Source: Aliivibrio fischeri ES114 | GTDB taxonomy: Bacteria > Pseudomonadota > Gammaproteobacteria > Enterobacterales > Vibrionaceae | Strand: one strand, 5' to 3' | Length of the DNA: 32,000 nucleotides | Assembly: GCF_000011805.1 (NCBI RefSeq) | Contig: NC_006841.2 | Shown: positions 17,700 through 26,668 of the stretch, one piece after another | Numbering within the stretch: position 1 is the first letter of the stretch | Layout of the letters: every line of letters starts with the position of its first letter | Notes under the pieces: generated by a model | What the model saw: the letters and a program-made list of their open reading frames with translations, nothing else | Databases searched by the model: none | Told to the model about the DNA's origin: nothing | Made by a program: the position numbers and the translations under genes

Positions 17700-18812
17700 T
17701 TAAGCGCATTCTTTCTTTGGTTTTCTTTTTTTATAAACCACACAGAAGTTGCCACGTTTGGTTCGGCACTTAGAACAACGCTCGCAATCGACTTCGGCTC
17801 TATTGCCTTCTTTCCAACGTTTAATTAGCTGAGGTTCTGCAAGTAAAGGACGTGATAAAGCAAAGTATTGGATATTCGTTTCTTCAGCAATCTTTTCAAT
17901 AGCATTAATGTCGTTTAAACCACCAACGGTAATCACAGGAACATTAACATCTTGGCTGATCACATTGCCATATTCATGGAAATAACCTTCTTCTTGAAGC
18001 GTATAGCCATCAAAAGATTCACCAACAAGTGTGCTTGCATTACCGTGAATGTTGCCTGAAATGATGATCCCATCAACACCGATCTCTTCCAGTTTTTTAC
18101 AGATGATTCGAGTCTCATCGAACGTTAAACCACCTTCAAAGAACTCAGAAGCCGTCAGTTTTACTAGGATAGGGTAATCGTCACCCACTTGTTTTCTGAT
18201 CTCTGCGTAGATCTCTAACAAGAATCGCATACGATTATCTAAGCTACCGCCATATTCATCTTCACGACGGTTATAGTAAGGGCTTAAAAATTGGTTGATT
18301 AAATAGGTGTGAGCAGCATGGATTTCAACACCATCAAAACCAGATTCTTTTGCTCTTAGGCTTGCTTTGGCAAACGCATCAACAATGTAGTCGATTTCGT
18401 CTTTTGTCATCGCTTTGCCTTGTGTTTGTGTACCACGTTCACACACATCACTTGGAGCAAAAATAACACGTTCACCAACATTATAAGTCGTTTTAGTGCC
18501 ACCATAAGCAAGCTGCATAACAATTTTTGAATCATTTAGGTGTACAAGTTCAGTCAGCTTTTTGTACTCTTCAATGAAAGAATCGTTATACATACCCATC
18601 ATGCCAGCGTTGGGTTTTTCTTCTTCAACAATGTTTGCATAGCCAGTAACAATTAAGCCAACTTCACCTTTAGCGAGCTCTTCGTAGATATCGTATAACT
18701 TGTCTGTCATATGGCCGTCTTCTGTTGCCATATTTTCCCACGTTGCACTTCTCATGAAGCGGTTTTTAAGTGTCATGTTGCCAATGCGGGTTTCGGTAAA
18801 CAAAGTGCTCAA
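17700..18812 (-). CDS. OYE-like NADH:flavin oxidoreductase with a C-terminal Cys cluster and Lys-rich tail
   Basis: 370 aa. (M)STLFTETRIGNMTLKNRFMRSAT ... HAAHTYLINQF ... RPLLAEPQL. It uses a TTG start (agaggaacacacTTG). The C-terminus is C343-x2-C346-x2-C349-x7-C357 followed by KKRKPKKECA. Confidence 0.88.
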   Translation of the reverse strand: MSTLFTETRIGNMTLKNRFMRSATWENMATEDGHMTDKLYDIYEELAKGEVGLIVTGYANIVEEEKPNAGMMGMYNDSFIEEYKKLTELVHLNDSKIVMQLAYGGTKTTYNVGERVIFAPSDVCERGTQTQGKAMTKDEIDYIVDAFAKASLRAKESGFDGVEIHAAHTYLINQFLSPYYNRREDEYGGSLDNRMRFLLEIYAEIRKQVGDDYPILVKLTASEFFEGGLTFDETRIICKKLEEIGVDGIIISGNIHGNASTLVGESFDGYTLQEEGYFHEYGNVISQDVNVPVITVGGLNDINAIEKIAEETNIQYFALSRPLLAEPQLIKRWKEGNRAEVDCERCSKCRTKRGNFCVVYKKRKPKKECA

Positions 18813-19143
18813 GTGTGTTCCTCTATTACTGGTTTTATTTTATGGGGCGATTTTAGCGTCAATATAAAGCAAAAAACTTAATCTGTATTAAGTTCATGTC
18901 ATATCCGATTAAACAACAAACAAAATAGGGATAATTATTCTTACTTCTTTCCTATATTGCTGTTTTTATATGATTTTTTTTGGTCATTTATAGAACACTA
19001 TTTTTGAAAACTTATGTTGCACGAGTTTCGCCGCAAACTTCTTGGTGTTTTTATCGATGCTGTGTATGTTTACCCAATATTAATGAATAAGTACCAATGA
19101 AAATGGGGTGCACTTATTCTCTCTAGCAGTTGTGGGACAATAG

Positions 19144-20610
19144 ATGAATACAATCAAACAACCTAAAGGGATATTCCATATTATTGCAATCCAAATGTGG
19201 GAGTTCTTTAGTTACTATGGTATGCGCTCTTTATTAATTCTTTTCTTAACGGAGAAGCTATTAATGTCAGATCAACATGCCTACGCTTTGTATGGTGCGT
19301 ATACATCGCTTGTGTATGTGACTCCTATTATTGGTGGTTATTTAGCGGATAAGTATTTAGGTAACTACTGGTCGGTAATTTTAGGTAGTTTGTTAATGGT
19401 GGGTGGGCACTTTGTGCTGAGTTTTCCAAGCAGCGATCACACGACCTTATACATTGCCTTGTCTTTGATTATTTGTGGTTACGGATTCTTTAAAACCAAT
19501 TCAAGCTGTTTGTTAGGTGAACTGTATCAAACTAAAGAGCAAGAGCGTGGCCGTGAAGCGGGTTTCTCTATCTCTTATATTGGTGGCAATATTGGTTCGA
19601 TGATTTCTCCGATTCTATGTGGCTTTGCTGCAATGAAATGGGGATGGCATATAGGCTTCTCGCTTGCGGGAATTGGGATGCTAATTGGCTTATGCATCTT
19701 CATGACAGGTCGTAAAAATTTTTCTCATGTAAGTAAACCTAATTTACCAGCGCTTCAGAAAAAGAGTGCAGGCATTCCACACTGGTCATTATTATTCGCT
19801 TCATTAGTGCTGGCTGCTGTTGGTTTGGTATTTGTGCTTAAAAACTTATGGGCAGGTTATATCTTATTGGTGATTTGTTTAATGTCTTTAGGGCACATCA
19901 TTAACTTGTACCGTAAGAGCGATGAAGAAGATCGTCAAAAACTGAATTCTATTATGTATTTTATGTTGTTTGGCACGGTGTTTTGGGCGTTTGACCAACA
20001 AGGTGGCAGCTCAATTAGCTTATTCATTGAACGTAATATTGATACTGATATTGGTGGGTTTACTATTCCAACGGCTTTCTTTCAATCCATTAACCCGATA
20101 GCCGTTATTGTGGGTGGTGCGGCGGTGGCATGGTTATGGAAAATGTTAGATTCAAAAAGCATCTCAGTGAGAACGCTAACGAAACTGAATATTGGTCTTT
20201 TATTGCTTACTGCTGGCTTTAGCTTAATTACGTTGTCTTCAAAATTAGCAATGGCAAGCGGTCAAACTACCTTTGTTTGGTTATTGATTGGTTTATTGTG
20301 CATTGGGGTGGCAGAACTGTTTATTGACCCTGTGGCATTGGCTGCGATTACACGCCTAAACCCACATGGTGCAACAGGGACGTTAGCCGGTATTTATATG
20401 CTTGCTGGTGGTTCAGTAGCAAATTACCTTGCTGCGGATATTGCTCAGTTCACATCGACGGGTACGGGTGAAAATGCAGGAACTCTGGATTTAATTGTAT
20501 CGGCAACGCAATATCACCATGTATTCCAAAGTATCCTTTTTGTAACAATTGGCGTGTTTGTTTTAGGTTTATTGGTGGACTTTAAACACCGTAAACAAGC
20601 AACTATTTAA
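19144..20610 (+). CDS. POT/PTR2-family di-/tripeptide:proton symporter, DtpC/DtpD-like subgroup
   Basis: 488 aa, co-linear with E. coli DtpD as I remember it (..AIQMWEFFSYYGMRSLLILFLT.., ..VYVTPIIGGYLADK.., ..FKTNSSCLLGELY.., ..FWAFDQQGGSSISLFI..). It has the variant QxxEF form of the ExxERFxYY motif. Confidence 0.92.
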   Translation: MNTIKQPKGIFHIIAIQMWEFFSYYGMRSLLILFLTEKLLMSDQHAYALYGAYTSLVYVTPIIGGYLADKYLGNYWSVILGSLLMVGGHFVLSFPSSDHTTLYIALSLIICGYGFFKTNSSCLLGELYQTKEQERGREAGFSISYIGGNIGSMISPILCGFAAMKWGWHIGFSLAGIGMLIGLCIFMTGRKNFSHVSKPNLPALQKKSAGIPHWSLLFASLVLAAVGLVFVLKNLWAGYILLVICLMSLGHIINLYRKSDEEDRQKLNSIMYFMLFGTVFWAFDQQGGSSISLFIERNIDTDIGGFTIPTAFFQSINPIAVIVGGAAVAWLWKMLDSKSISVRTLTKLNIGLLLLTAGFSLITLSSKLAMASGQTTFVWLLIGLLCIGVAELFIDPVALAAITRLNPHGATGTLAGIYMLAGGSVANYLAADIAQFTSTGTGENAGTLDLIVSATQYHHVFQSILFVTIGVFVLGLLVDFKHRKQATI

Positions 20611-20623
20611 TTCCATTATAAAT

Positions 20624-20650
20624 AACAGCAAGCTGCCATGGCTTGCTGTT
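20624..20650 (+). terminator. Hairpin, probable terminator, after the first POT gene
   Basis: Perfect 10-bp stem aacagcaagc / gcttgctgtt with a 7-nt loop. The downstream tract is pyrimidine-rich but is not a clean T-run. Confidence 0.5.
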
Positions 20651-20954
20651 CCTTATCTCTTTCCTCTTAATCATTCAAATTCCCCTTAACTTTTTAGAAT
20701 CAATAAATGCTGAATCTCTGTGTTCCAATTTAATTGTCATGATAATGTCAGTATAAAATGTTGCAAAATGTTTCTGTTGGTGACTTTGTGTAAATTATTG
20801 ATCATTAAGTGGTTATCTCTATTTTTCAAAATTGATAATTTAGATTTCATTTATGGCTAGTGATAAGTAAATGTTAAAAACGTAAGTTGGTTGTGTAATG
20901 CGTAAAAATGCATAAAAAAAGAAGCAATCACAACACATACACAGGGATTAATTT

Positions 20955-22439
20955 ATGTCTAACTTGAATGTATTCAAGCAGCCTAAGCAGTTTTATCTGA
21001 TCTTTTCTATAGAGTTTTGGGAGCGTTTTGGCTTCTATGGCATGCAAGCAATTTTAGCGGTTTATCTGGTTAAAATTCTAGGAATGTCAGAGTCTGAATC
21101 ATTTATACTTTTCGGTGCTTTCTCAGCGCTTATTTTTGGCTCTGTTGCTATCGGTGGCTGGGTTGGTGATAAAGTTATTGGTACCAAACGAACCATTACT
21201 TTAGGTGCCTTGATATTGACCATTGGTTACGCACTATTAGGTGTGTCGGCATCGGCAGGTAATATTGGTGGTTCTGGTCTAATTTATGTCGCAATGGGTT
21301 TTATTACTATGGGTAATGGTCTATTTAAAGCAAACCCATCAAGTCTACTAGCTAAAGTTTATGATAAAGACGATAACCGTTTAGATGGTGCATTCACAAT
21401 GTACTACATGGCGATTAACCTTGGTTCATTCTTCTCTATGCTGTTAACGCCTTGGATTGCAAACCAGTTTGGTTATGGCATGGCATTTAGTGTGAGTGCG
21501 GTTGGTCTGATCATCACTGTTCTTAATTTCGTTATGTGTTCTCGTATGGTTAAAGGTGTTGGTTCAGAACCGGATCTTATCGCAGTAAATAAAACACATT
21601 ACTTAGGTGTCGTTGCAGCAACAGTTGCTCTTAGCTTCTTATGTTCAGTATTACTACAAAACCTGTTTTACGCTCACGCTATTTTAGTTGTGGTTGGTAT
21701 TGCGATTGTTGTGCTTTACATGAGAGAAGCATTTAAAATCTCTGGTTTAGAGCGTGCAAAAATGTTGGTAGCGTTCGTATTAATGCTGCAAGGCGTTGTG
21801 TTCTTTGTGCTTTATTTCCAAATGCCAACGTCACTAAATTTCTTTGCGATTCATAATATCGAACACAACATTCTGGGTATTTCTGTTGCTCCTGAGCAAT
21901 TCCAAGCACTAAACCCATTCTGGATCATGATTGCGAGCCCAATCCTTGCTGTGGCTTACACAAACTTAGGTGAGCGTTTTGCGATGCCTTATAAGTTTGC
22001 TTTCGGTATGGTGCTGTGTGCATTGTCTTTCCTAGTTCTAAAGTTCGGCGCTAACTTTGCAAATGAAGATGGCATCATGAGCTCTAACTGGTTGGTTATC
22101 TGTTACGCTTTCCAATCTTTAGGTGAGCTTTTAGTGTCTGGTCTAGGTCTTGCGATGGTAGCTCAATTGGTACCACAACGTATGATGGGCTTTGCAATGG
22201 GTATGTGGTTCTTAACATCAGCAACGGCTGCGGTTATCGCAGGTTGGGTTGCTGCATTAACAACTGCACCAGCAGGCTTAACTGACGCAAACCAAACACT
22301 GGCTATCTACAGTGATGTATTTGGTAAGATTGGTTATGCAACTGCAGGTGTTGCCGTTATTACGTTATTAATTGCGCCTAAGTTAACTCGTATTATTCGT
22401 GGTGAATCTGAAGGTCAAACAGAAGCAGCAAACGCATAA
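20955..22439 (+). CDS. dtpA: POT-family di-/tripeptide permease, DtpA (TppB)-like
   Basis: 494 aa. FKQPKQFYLIFSIEFWERFGFYGMQAILAVYLVK.., ..GNGLFKANPSSLLAKVYDKDDNRLDGAFTMYYMAINLGSF.., ..QMPTSLNFFAIHNIEH.. closely parallel E. coli DtpA. The canonical ExxERFxYY motif is present. Confidence 0.92.
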   Translation: MSNLNVFKQPKQFYLIFSIEFWERFGFYGMQAILAVYLVKILGMSESESFILFGAFSALIFGSVAIGGWVGDKVIGTKRTITLGALILTIGYALLGVSASAGNIGGSGLIYVAMGFITMGNGLFKANPSSLLAKVYDKDDNRLDGAFTMYYMAINLGSFFSMLLTPWIANQFGYGMAFSVSAVGLIITVLNFVMCSRMVKGVGSEPDLIAVNKTHYLGVVAATVALSFLCSVLLQNLFYAHAILVVVGIAIVVLYMREAFKISGLERAKMLVAFVLMLQGVVFFVLYFQMPTSLNFFAIHNIEHNILGISVAPEQFQALNPFWIMIASPILAVAYTNLGERFAMPYKFAFGMVLCALSFLVLKFGANFANEDGIMSSNWLVICYAFQSLGELLVSGLGLAMVAQLVPQRMMGFAMGMWFLTSATAAVIAGWVAALTTAPAGLTDANQTLAIYSDVFGKIGYATAGVAVITLLIAPKLTRIIRGESEGQTEAANA

Positions 22440-22480
22440 TTAAGATTTGCATCAGCTTAATGTGATTAGGCTGAAATAAT

Positions 22481-22533
22481 AAAAAACCAGTGTTATTCCT
22501 TCTTATTTATAGAAGAAATAGGCTGGTTTTTTT
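22481..22533 (+). terminator. Rho-independent terminator of dtpA
   Basis: Long imperfect hairpin (outer stem aaccag / ctggtt, inner stem tattccttct / agaagaaata) followed by TTTTTTT. Confidence 0.75.
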
Positions 22534-22624
22534 GATCTCGGCTTATAAATTTGAACAATAGAATAGGTGAGGTATCCCACTCTGAATTAGGATTAGCATA
22601 AATCGAATTGTGAAGGATAAACAC

Positions 22625-22975
22625 ATGAAAATAAAAGTAGGTTTATGTGCGCTATTGGCTATGTTCTCTTTTAATAGCTGGAGCTCAGAGCGAAGTGAAC
22701 AAGCGTGGGAGCAAGTAGAGCAGGGCGCATTATTAATTGATGTGCGAACTCCAGGGGAATTTGATCAAGGGCATTTAGATGGCGCAACGAACTACCCGTT
22801 AAATACGGTAGATAAAACGTTCGCTAAAATAGATAAAGATACGCCGATAGTTGTGTATTGCCGAAGTGGTGCTCGTTCAGGAAAAGCCATGAGTTACTTA
22901 AAGCAAGTGGGATTCAAAGAGGTGTATAACGGCGGTGGTCTAGTGGAAATGCAATCGACTAAACCAACACCATAG
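22625..22975 (+). CDS. Periplasmic single-domain rhodanese (PspE-like thiosulfate sulfurtransferase)
   Basis: Signal peptide MKIKVGLCALLAMFSFNSWS and active-site loop CRSGARS. LIDVRTPGEFDQGHLDGATNYPL is typical of the family. I prefer the ATG at 22625 (SD aagga) over the GTG at 22610 used in the track. Confidence 0.88.
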   Translation: MKIKVGLCALLAMFSFNSWSSERSEQAWEQVEQGALLIDVRTPGEFDQGHLDGATNYPLNTVDKTFAKIDKDTPIVVYCRSGARSGKAMSYLKQVGFKEVYNGGGLVEMQSTKPTP

Positions 22976-22984
22976 TGATATATT

Positions 22985-23692
22985 TTACTGCTCGGATGCT
23001 GAAACAAGCACTCGATTATCACCGCAGCTATAAGCGATCACTTGGCTGATCTCAGATAAGCTGCGGCCAGATTCTTCTTTCCATTGATTAAAAGCTTGGT
23101 TTGCTGCGAGATGCACACGTTTTGTATCTCGACCACCATCAATAATGCCGTAATTACGTAAGTAAGACTCCACATCAGAAGATAAGATAAAGGTATCAAC
23201 TCCCATTTGGCGTAATGCATAAGCGCCAGTATTGCCACCTAAACGTTGACCGTGTTTCTTTAAGTAAGCCCATAATCCGGTAATGTCTTCACTTGGCCAG
23301 TTCGCCACCATGTTACCAAAAGAGTCGTGTTGTAATCCGGCGGAGTATATCATCATCGCATTCGCAGGAATGGTTTTTACCTTGGTTAAATGACGAATAA
23401 TGCGTGGGTCTTGTGCTTTTTCTTCCCATACTTCGTCAGGCTGCATTAACAGTGGTTGGATGCGAAATTGGAAAAAGACCTCTTCAAAATTAGGCCATTT
23501 CTTTCGTACTACATTCCAAGAAATACCACATTGAAAAACCTTCTCTGTAAATGCCGCTAACCAACGATCATCAGGAATTTTTGCTAATTCACTACGAGGT
23601 AATGGTTTGTTTAATAATAACTCAAGCTGAGCAGTTCCACCTTTGCGGAGTGCTGCTCGCTCATAAATAGATTCAAATTTTTCAATGCTCAT
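22985..23692 (-). CDS. DNA-3-methyladenine glycosylase I (Tag)-family protein, lacking the N-terminal zinc-snap cysteines
   Basis: ..CGISWNVVRKKWPNFEEVFFQF.. and ..IIRHLTKVKTIPANA.. align with the Tag motifs GLSW..VLKKRENYR..F..F and IIRHRGKIQAIIGNA. The probable start is MSIEKF at 23692. The track's 23755 start is a TTG adding 21 implausible residues. Confidence 0.7.
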   Translation of the reverse strand: MSIEKFESIYERAALRKGGTAQLELLLNKPLPRSELAKIPDDRWLAAFTEKVFQCGISWNVVRKKWPNFEEVFFQFRIQPLLMQPDEVWEEKAQDPRIIRHLTKVKTIPANAMMIYSAGLQHDSFGNMVANWPSEDITGLWAYLKKHGQRLGGNTGAYALRQMGVDTFILSSDVESYLRNYGIIDGGRDTKRVHLAANQAFNQWKEESGRSLSEISQVIAYSCGDNRVLVSASEQ

Positions 23693-23882
23693 GATAAAAA
23701 CCGACGATAGAGAAATGAGATTAAGATAGTAACAATAATGGTAAGAAATGCACAAGAAAGAGACGTAATGATAGATGTATATTAATGAAATATATGTATA
23801 TACTTAGAAATAACTAAACATTTAAATGGTGCAAAAATCTGTATTACATAAAGTGTTTAGGAGAGTGAAGTAGGAAGAAGTA

Positions 23883-24368
23883 ATGTTAGCAAAAAAGATG
23901 GATGCGCCATTGGATATGCAAAATGGGGCGCGATTTAAAACAAAAAAACACGGTTATGTCACTGTTATTGAATACTACAATACACACACCGTGATTGTTG
24001 CTTTTGAAAATACGGGCAACATTCGTGCAATTAGTGCAGCCAAGTTAAGAAGTGGTCAATTGGCAGATCGTTCAGTACCACCAGAATCGATCATGGTGGG
24101 GGAAAAGGTTGAGTCTGTAAAACACGGCATATTAACCATTGTTCAAGTTGAATCTGAAAATATCGTATTACTTACTACAGAAAGTGGTGAAGAAGTACGT
24201 ATGCTATTGCCTGCGGTTCAAAAAATGAAAAGCAAAGCAGAAGAGCCAATAACCACTAAAGAAGAGCCTGAATTGCCAACCTCGTTAAGTGCATTAACTA
24301 AGAGAAATAAAAAAACCAAGGATGTGAATAATTTACTGAAAAAAATGCTTACTGATTACGGTAAATAA
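23883..24368 (+). CDS. Hypothetical 161-aa protein with two ~40-aa KHG-initiated repeats and a Lys-rich tail
   Basis: SD aggaag. Repeat 1 is KHGYVTVIEYYNTHTVIVAFENTGNIRAISAAKLRSGQ. Repeat 2 is KHGILTIVQVESENIVLLTTESGEEVRMLLPAVQKMKS. I recognise no family. Confidence 0.6.
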   Translation: MLAKKMDAPLDMQNGARFKTKKHGYVTVIEYYNTHTVIVAFENTGNIRAISAAKLRSGQLADRSVPPESIMVGEKVESVKHGILTIVQVESENIVLLTTESGEEVRMLLPAVQKMKSKAEEPITTKEEPELPTSLSALTKRNKKTKDVNNLLKKMLTDYGK

Positions 24369-24658
24369 TAGATTTATTCAAAATAAAATAACGAGAAAAT
24401 AAACACTAAATAATTACGACTTTAATTAAAATATAAATTCCAATCTAGATCACACTCTTCGAATATAATAAAACCCTAAAAAACAAAATAAGAAATATCC
24501 CTATCAATAAGTCTCTATTAAGTAGATCTGCGTCACAATCTCATTTTGACTTTGTGATTTAGAACTATTTAAATCTCCATTTTACTCTTTAAGATTCATT
24601 ACATAATAACTCGGGAGAATATTATTTAGCTCCCGCAACCCTACAGAGAGTATATAAA

Positions 24659-24928
24659 ATGAAAAAGATCTTAGTTGTATGTGGAAACGGTTTAGGCACT
24701 TCTTTAATGATGGAGATGGCAGTAAAAGAAGTGGCAAAGAAAATTGGTTTAGAAGCTGAAATTGATCATGAAGATTTATCATCAGCAGCATCTAGCAATG
24801 CTGATATTTGGGTTGCAGCAACAGATGTCGCGACACAGCTTGAAGAAGCAGGCAAACAAAACATAGTAAGTCTTGCCAATATTTTTGATAAAGCATCAAT
24901 CGAAGCGCAGTTAAAAACATTCATCTAA
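24659..24928 (+). CDS. PTS EIIB component, L-ascorbate (Ula/Sga) family
   Basis: MKKILVVCGNGLGTSLMM carries the phospho-cysteine loop. The 89-aa size is typical of UlaB/SgaB. Confidence 0.92.
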   Translation: MKKILVVCGNGLGTSLMMEMAVKEVAKKIGLEAEIDHEDLSSAASSNADIWVAATDVATQLEEAGKQNIVSLANIFDKASIEAQLKTFI

Positions 24929-24943
24929 GCTAAGGTCACTATT

Positions 24944-26200
24944 ATGGCAAATTTCTTTGAGTTCATGCTCGGCTTATTAAAAGAGCCAGCAATCATGGTT
25001 GGTTTAATTGCATTTATTGGCCTTGTTGCCCAAAAATCAGATATATCAACCATTCTAAAAGGCACAATTAAAACCGTAATGGGATTCTTAATTCTTGGTT
25101 TTGGTGCAGGCGCATTAGTTGGCGCATTAAATAATTTCTCAGCGGTATTTACAGAAGCTTTTGGTGTAAGTGGTGTTATTCCAAATAACGAAGCGATTGT
25201 GGCATTAGCACAAGAAGCGTTTGGTTATGAAATGGCATTAATTATGTTCTTTGCGTTCATCGTAAATATATTATTAGCTCGTTTCACTCCTTTAAAATAT
25301 ATCTTTTTAACGGGTCACCACACTATGTTTATGTCTATGCTTGTCGCGGTAATTCTATCGACAGCAGATATTACAGGCACAACATTAGTGGCGCTGGGTT
25401 CAGTTATTGTTGGTTCATTAATGGTTATTATGCCTGCTATTGCCCAAAAATATACTGAAAAAGTAATGGGTACCGATCAGCTGGCAATGGGTCACTTCTC
25501 AACTTTGTCTTATGTGATTTCAGGTTATATTGGTAGCAAATTTGGTGATACATCAAAATCAACAGAAGACATTAATGTACCAAAAAGCTTAATGTTCCTA
25601 CGTGATACTCCAGTAGCCGTAGCAACTACTATGCTTCTGTTTTTCTTGCTTGCTTCTGTATTCGCAGGTGGCGAGTTTGTAGAAAGTGTCTCTGGCGGTC
25701 AAAACTGGGTTGTATTTACTTTCATGCAATCATTAACGTTTGCTGGTGGTGTATACATCGTACTGCAAGGTGTGAAAATGCTGATTGCTGAAATCGTTCC
25801 TGCATTTAAAGGTATTTCAGATACATTAGTACCAGGTGCAAAACCAGCGCTAGACTGTCCAATGGTATTCCCTGTAGCACCTAATGCAGTATTAATCGGT
25901 TTCTTAAGCTCATTCACAGCAGGTTTAGTTGCAATGGGTATTCAAGGTGCATTTGGTTGGACAATCATTGTTGCAGGCGTTGTTCCTCACTTCTTCGTAG
26001 GTGGTGCAGCAGGCGTATACGGTAACGCAACGGGTGGTTTACGTGGTGCGGTGCTAGGCGCATTTACTCAAGGTCTATGTATCTCGTTCTTACCAATGCT
26101 ACTGCTTCCAGTACTTGGTGGCCTAGGTCTAGAAGCAACAACATTTGCTGATTTTGACTTTGGTGTTGTTGGTCTTGTTCTTGGATGGATTGTGTCATGA
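24944..26200 (+). CDS. PTS EIIC permease, L-ascorbate (UlaA/SgaT) family
   Basis: 418-aa polytopic membrane protein that begins like UlaA (..FFEFMLGLLKEPAIMVGLIAFIGL..). It is flanked by the matching IIB and IIA genes. Confidence 0.92.
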   Translation: MANFFEFMLGLLKEPAIMVGLIAFIGLVAQKSDISTILKGTIKTVMGFLILGFGAGALVGALNNFSAVFTEAFGVSGVIPNNEAIVALAQEAFGYEMALIMFFAFIVNILLARFTPLKYIFLTGHHTMFMSMLVAVILSTADITGTTLVALGSVIVGSLMVIMPAIAQKYTEKVMGTDQLAMGHFSTLSYVISGYIGSKFGDTSKSTEDINVPKSLMFLRDTPVAVATTMLLFFLLASVFAGGEFVESVSGGQNWVVFTFMQSLTFAGGVYIVLQGVKMLIAEIVPAFKGISDTLVPGAKPALDCPMVFPVAPNAVLIGFLSSFTAGLVAMGIQGAFGWTIIVAGVVPHFFVGGAAGVYGNATGGLRGAVLGAFTQGLCISFLPMLLLPVLGGLGLEATTFADFDFGVVGLVLGWIVS

Positions 26201-26646
26201 GTTTATTAGATTTAATTGGTAACGACGGCATTGTTATTACGACAGAAAAAGGCCTAACACTGGATGCAGCATTAGATTTAACTTGTTCACTACTGATCAA
26301 AAATGGAAAAGTAGAAGCAAGTTACCTAGAAGCCATTAAACAAAAGCATAAAGAAATTGGTGCCTATTATGTTCTGGCTCCTAAAATTGCAATGCCACAT
26401 GCAAGACCAGAAGATGGCGTAAATGAAGCTGCACTACAAATCACAGTATTTAAAAATGGTGTTGATTTGGAATCAGAAGATAATGGTGATGTGTACTTTT
26501 CTGTCACTCTTGCAGCGATGGATTCTGATAGCCACATTCATACCATTATGGCGCTTTCAGAGTTGTTCCAAAATGAAGATGATGTCGATGCTATTATCCA
26601 AGCAGAAACTGAATCAGACATTAAAGATATCCTAAAAAAATACTAA
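26197..26646 (+). CDS. PTS EIIA component (PTS_EIIA_2, UlaC/SgaA-like)
   Basis: ATGA overlap with the IIC stop, so the start is MSLLDLIG at 26197. The phospho-histidine motif IAMPHARPE is present. Confidence 0.9.
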   Translation: MSLLDLIGNDGIVITTEKGLTLDAALDLTCSLLIKNGKVEASYLEAIKQKHKEIGAYYVLAPKIAMPHARPEDGVNEAALQITVFKNGVDLESEDNGDVYFSVTLAAMDSDSHIHTIMALSELFQNEDDVDAIIQAETESDIKDILKKY

Positions 26647-26668
26647 CTTCCCCCGTAGTATTTAAATC

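Noticed and set aside
23693-23755. TTG start at 23755 for the Tag-like gene. Similarly the GTG at 22610 for the rhodanese gene, the ATG at 26185 for EIIA and the TTG at 14305 for nemA.
   Set aside because: The N-terminal extensions are implausible (MCISYHYCYYLN...), or they precede a better-placed ATG with an SD or an ATGA overlap. The shorter forms match family N-termini.
24553-24568. Candidate CRP site upstream of the PTS operon (TGTGA-tttaga-ACTAT).
   Set aside because: Only the left half-site matches the consensus TGTGA-N6-TCACA. The right half is essentially unmatched.
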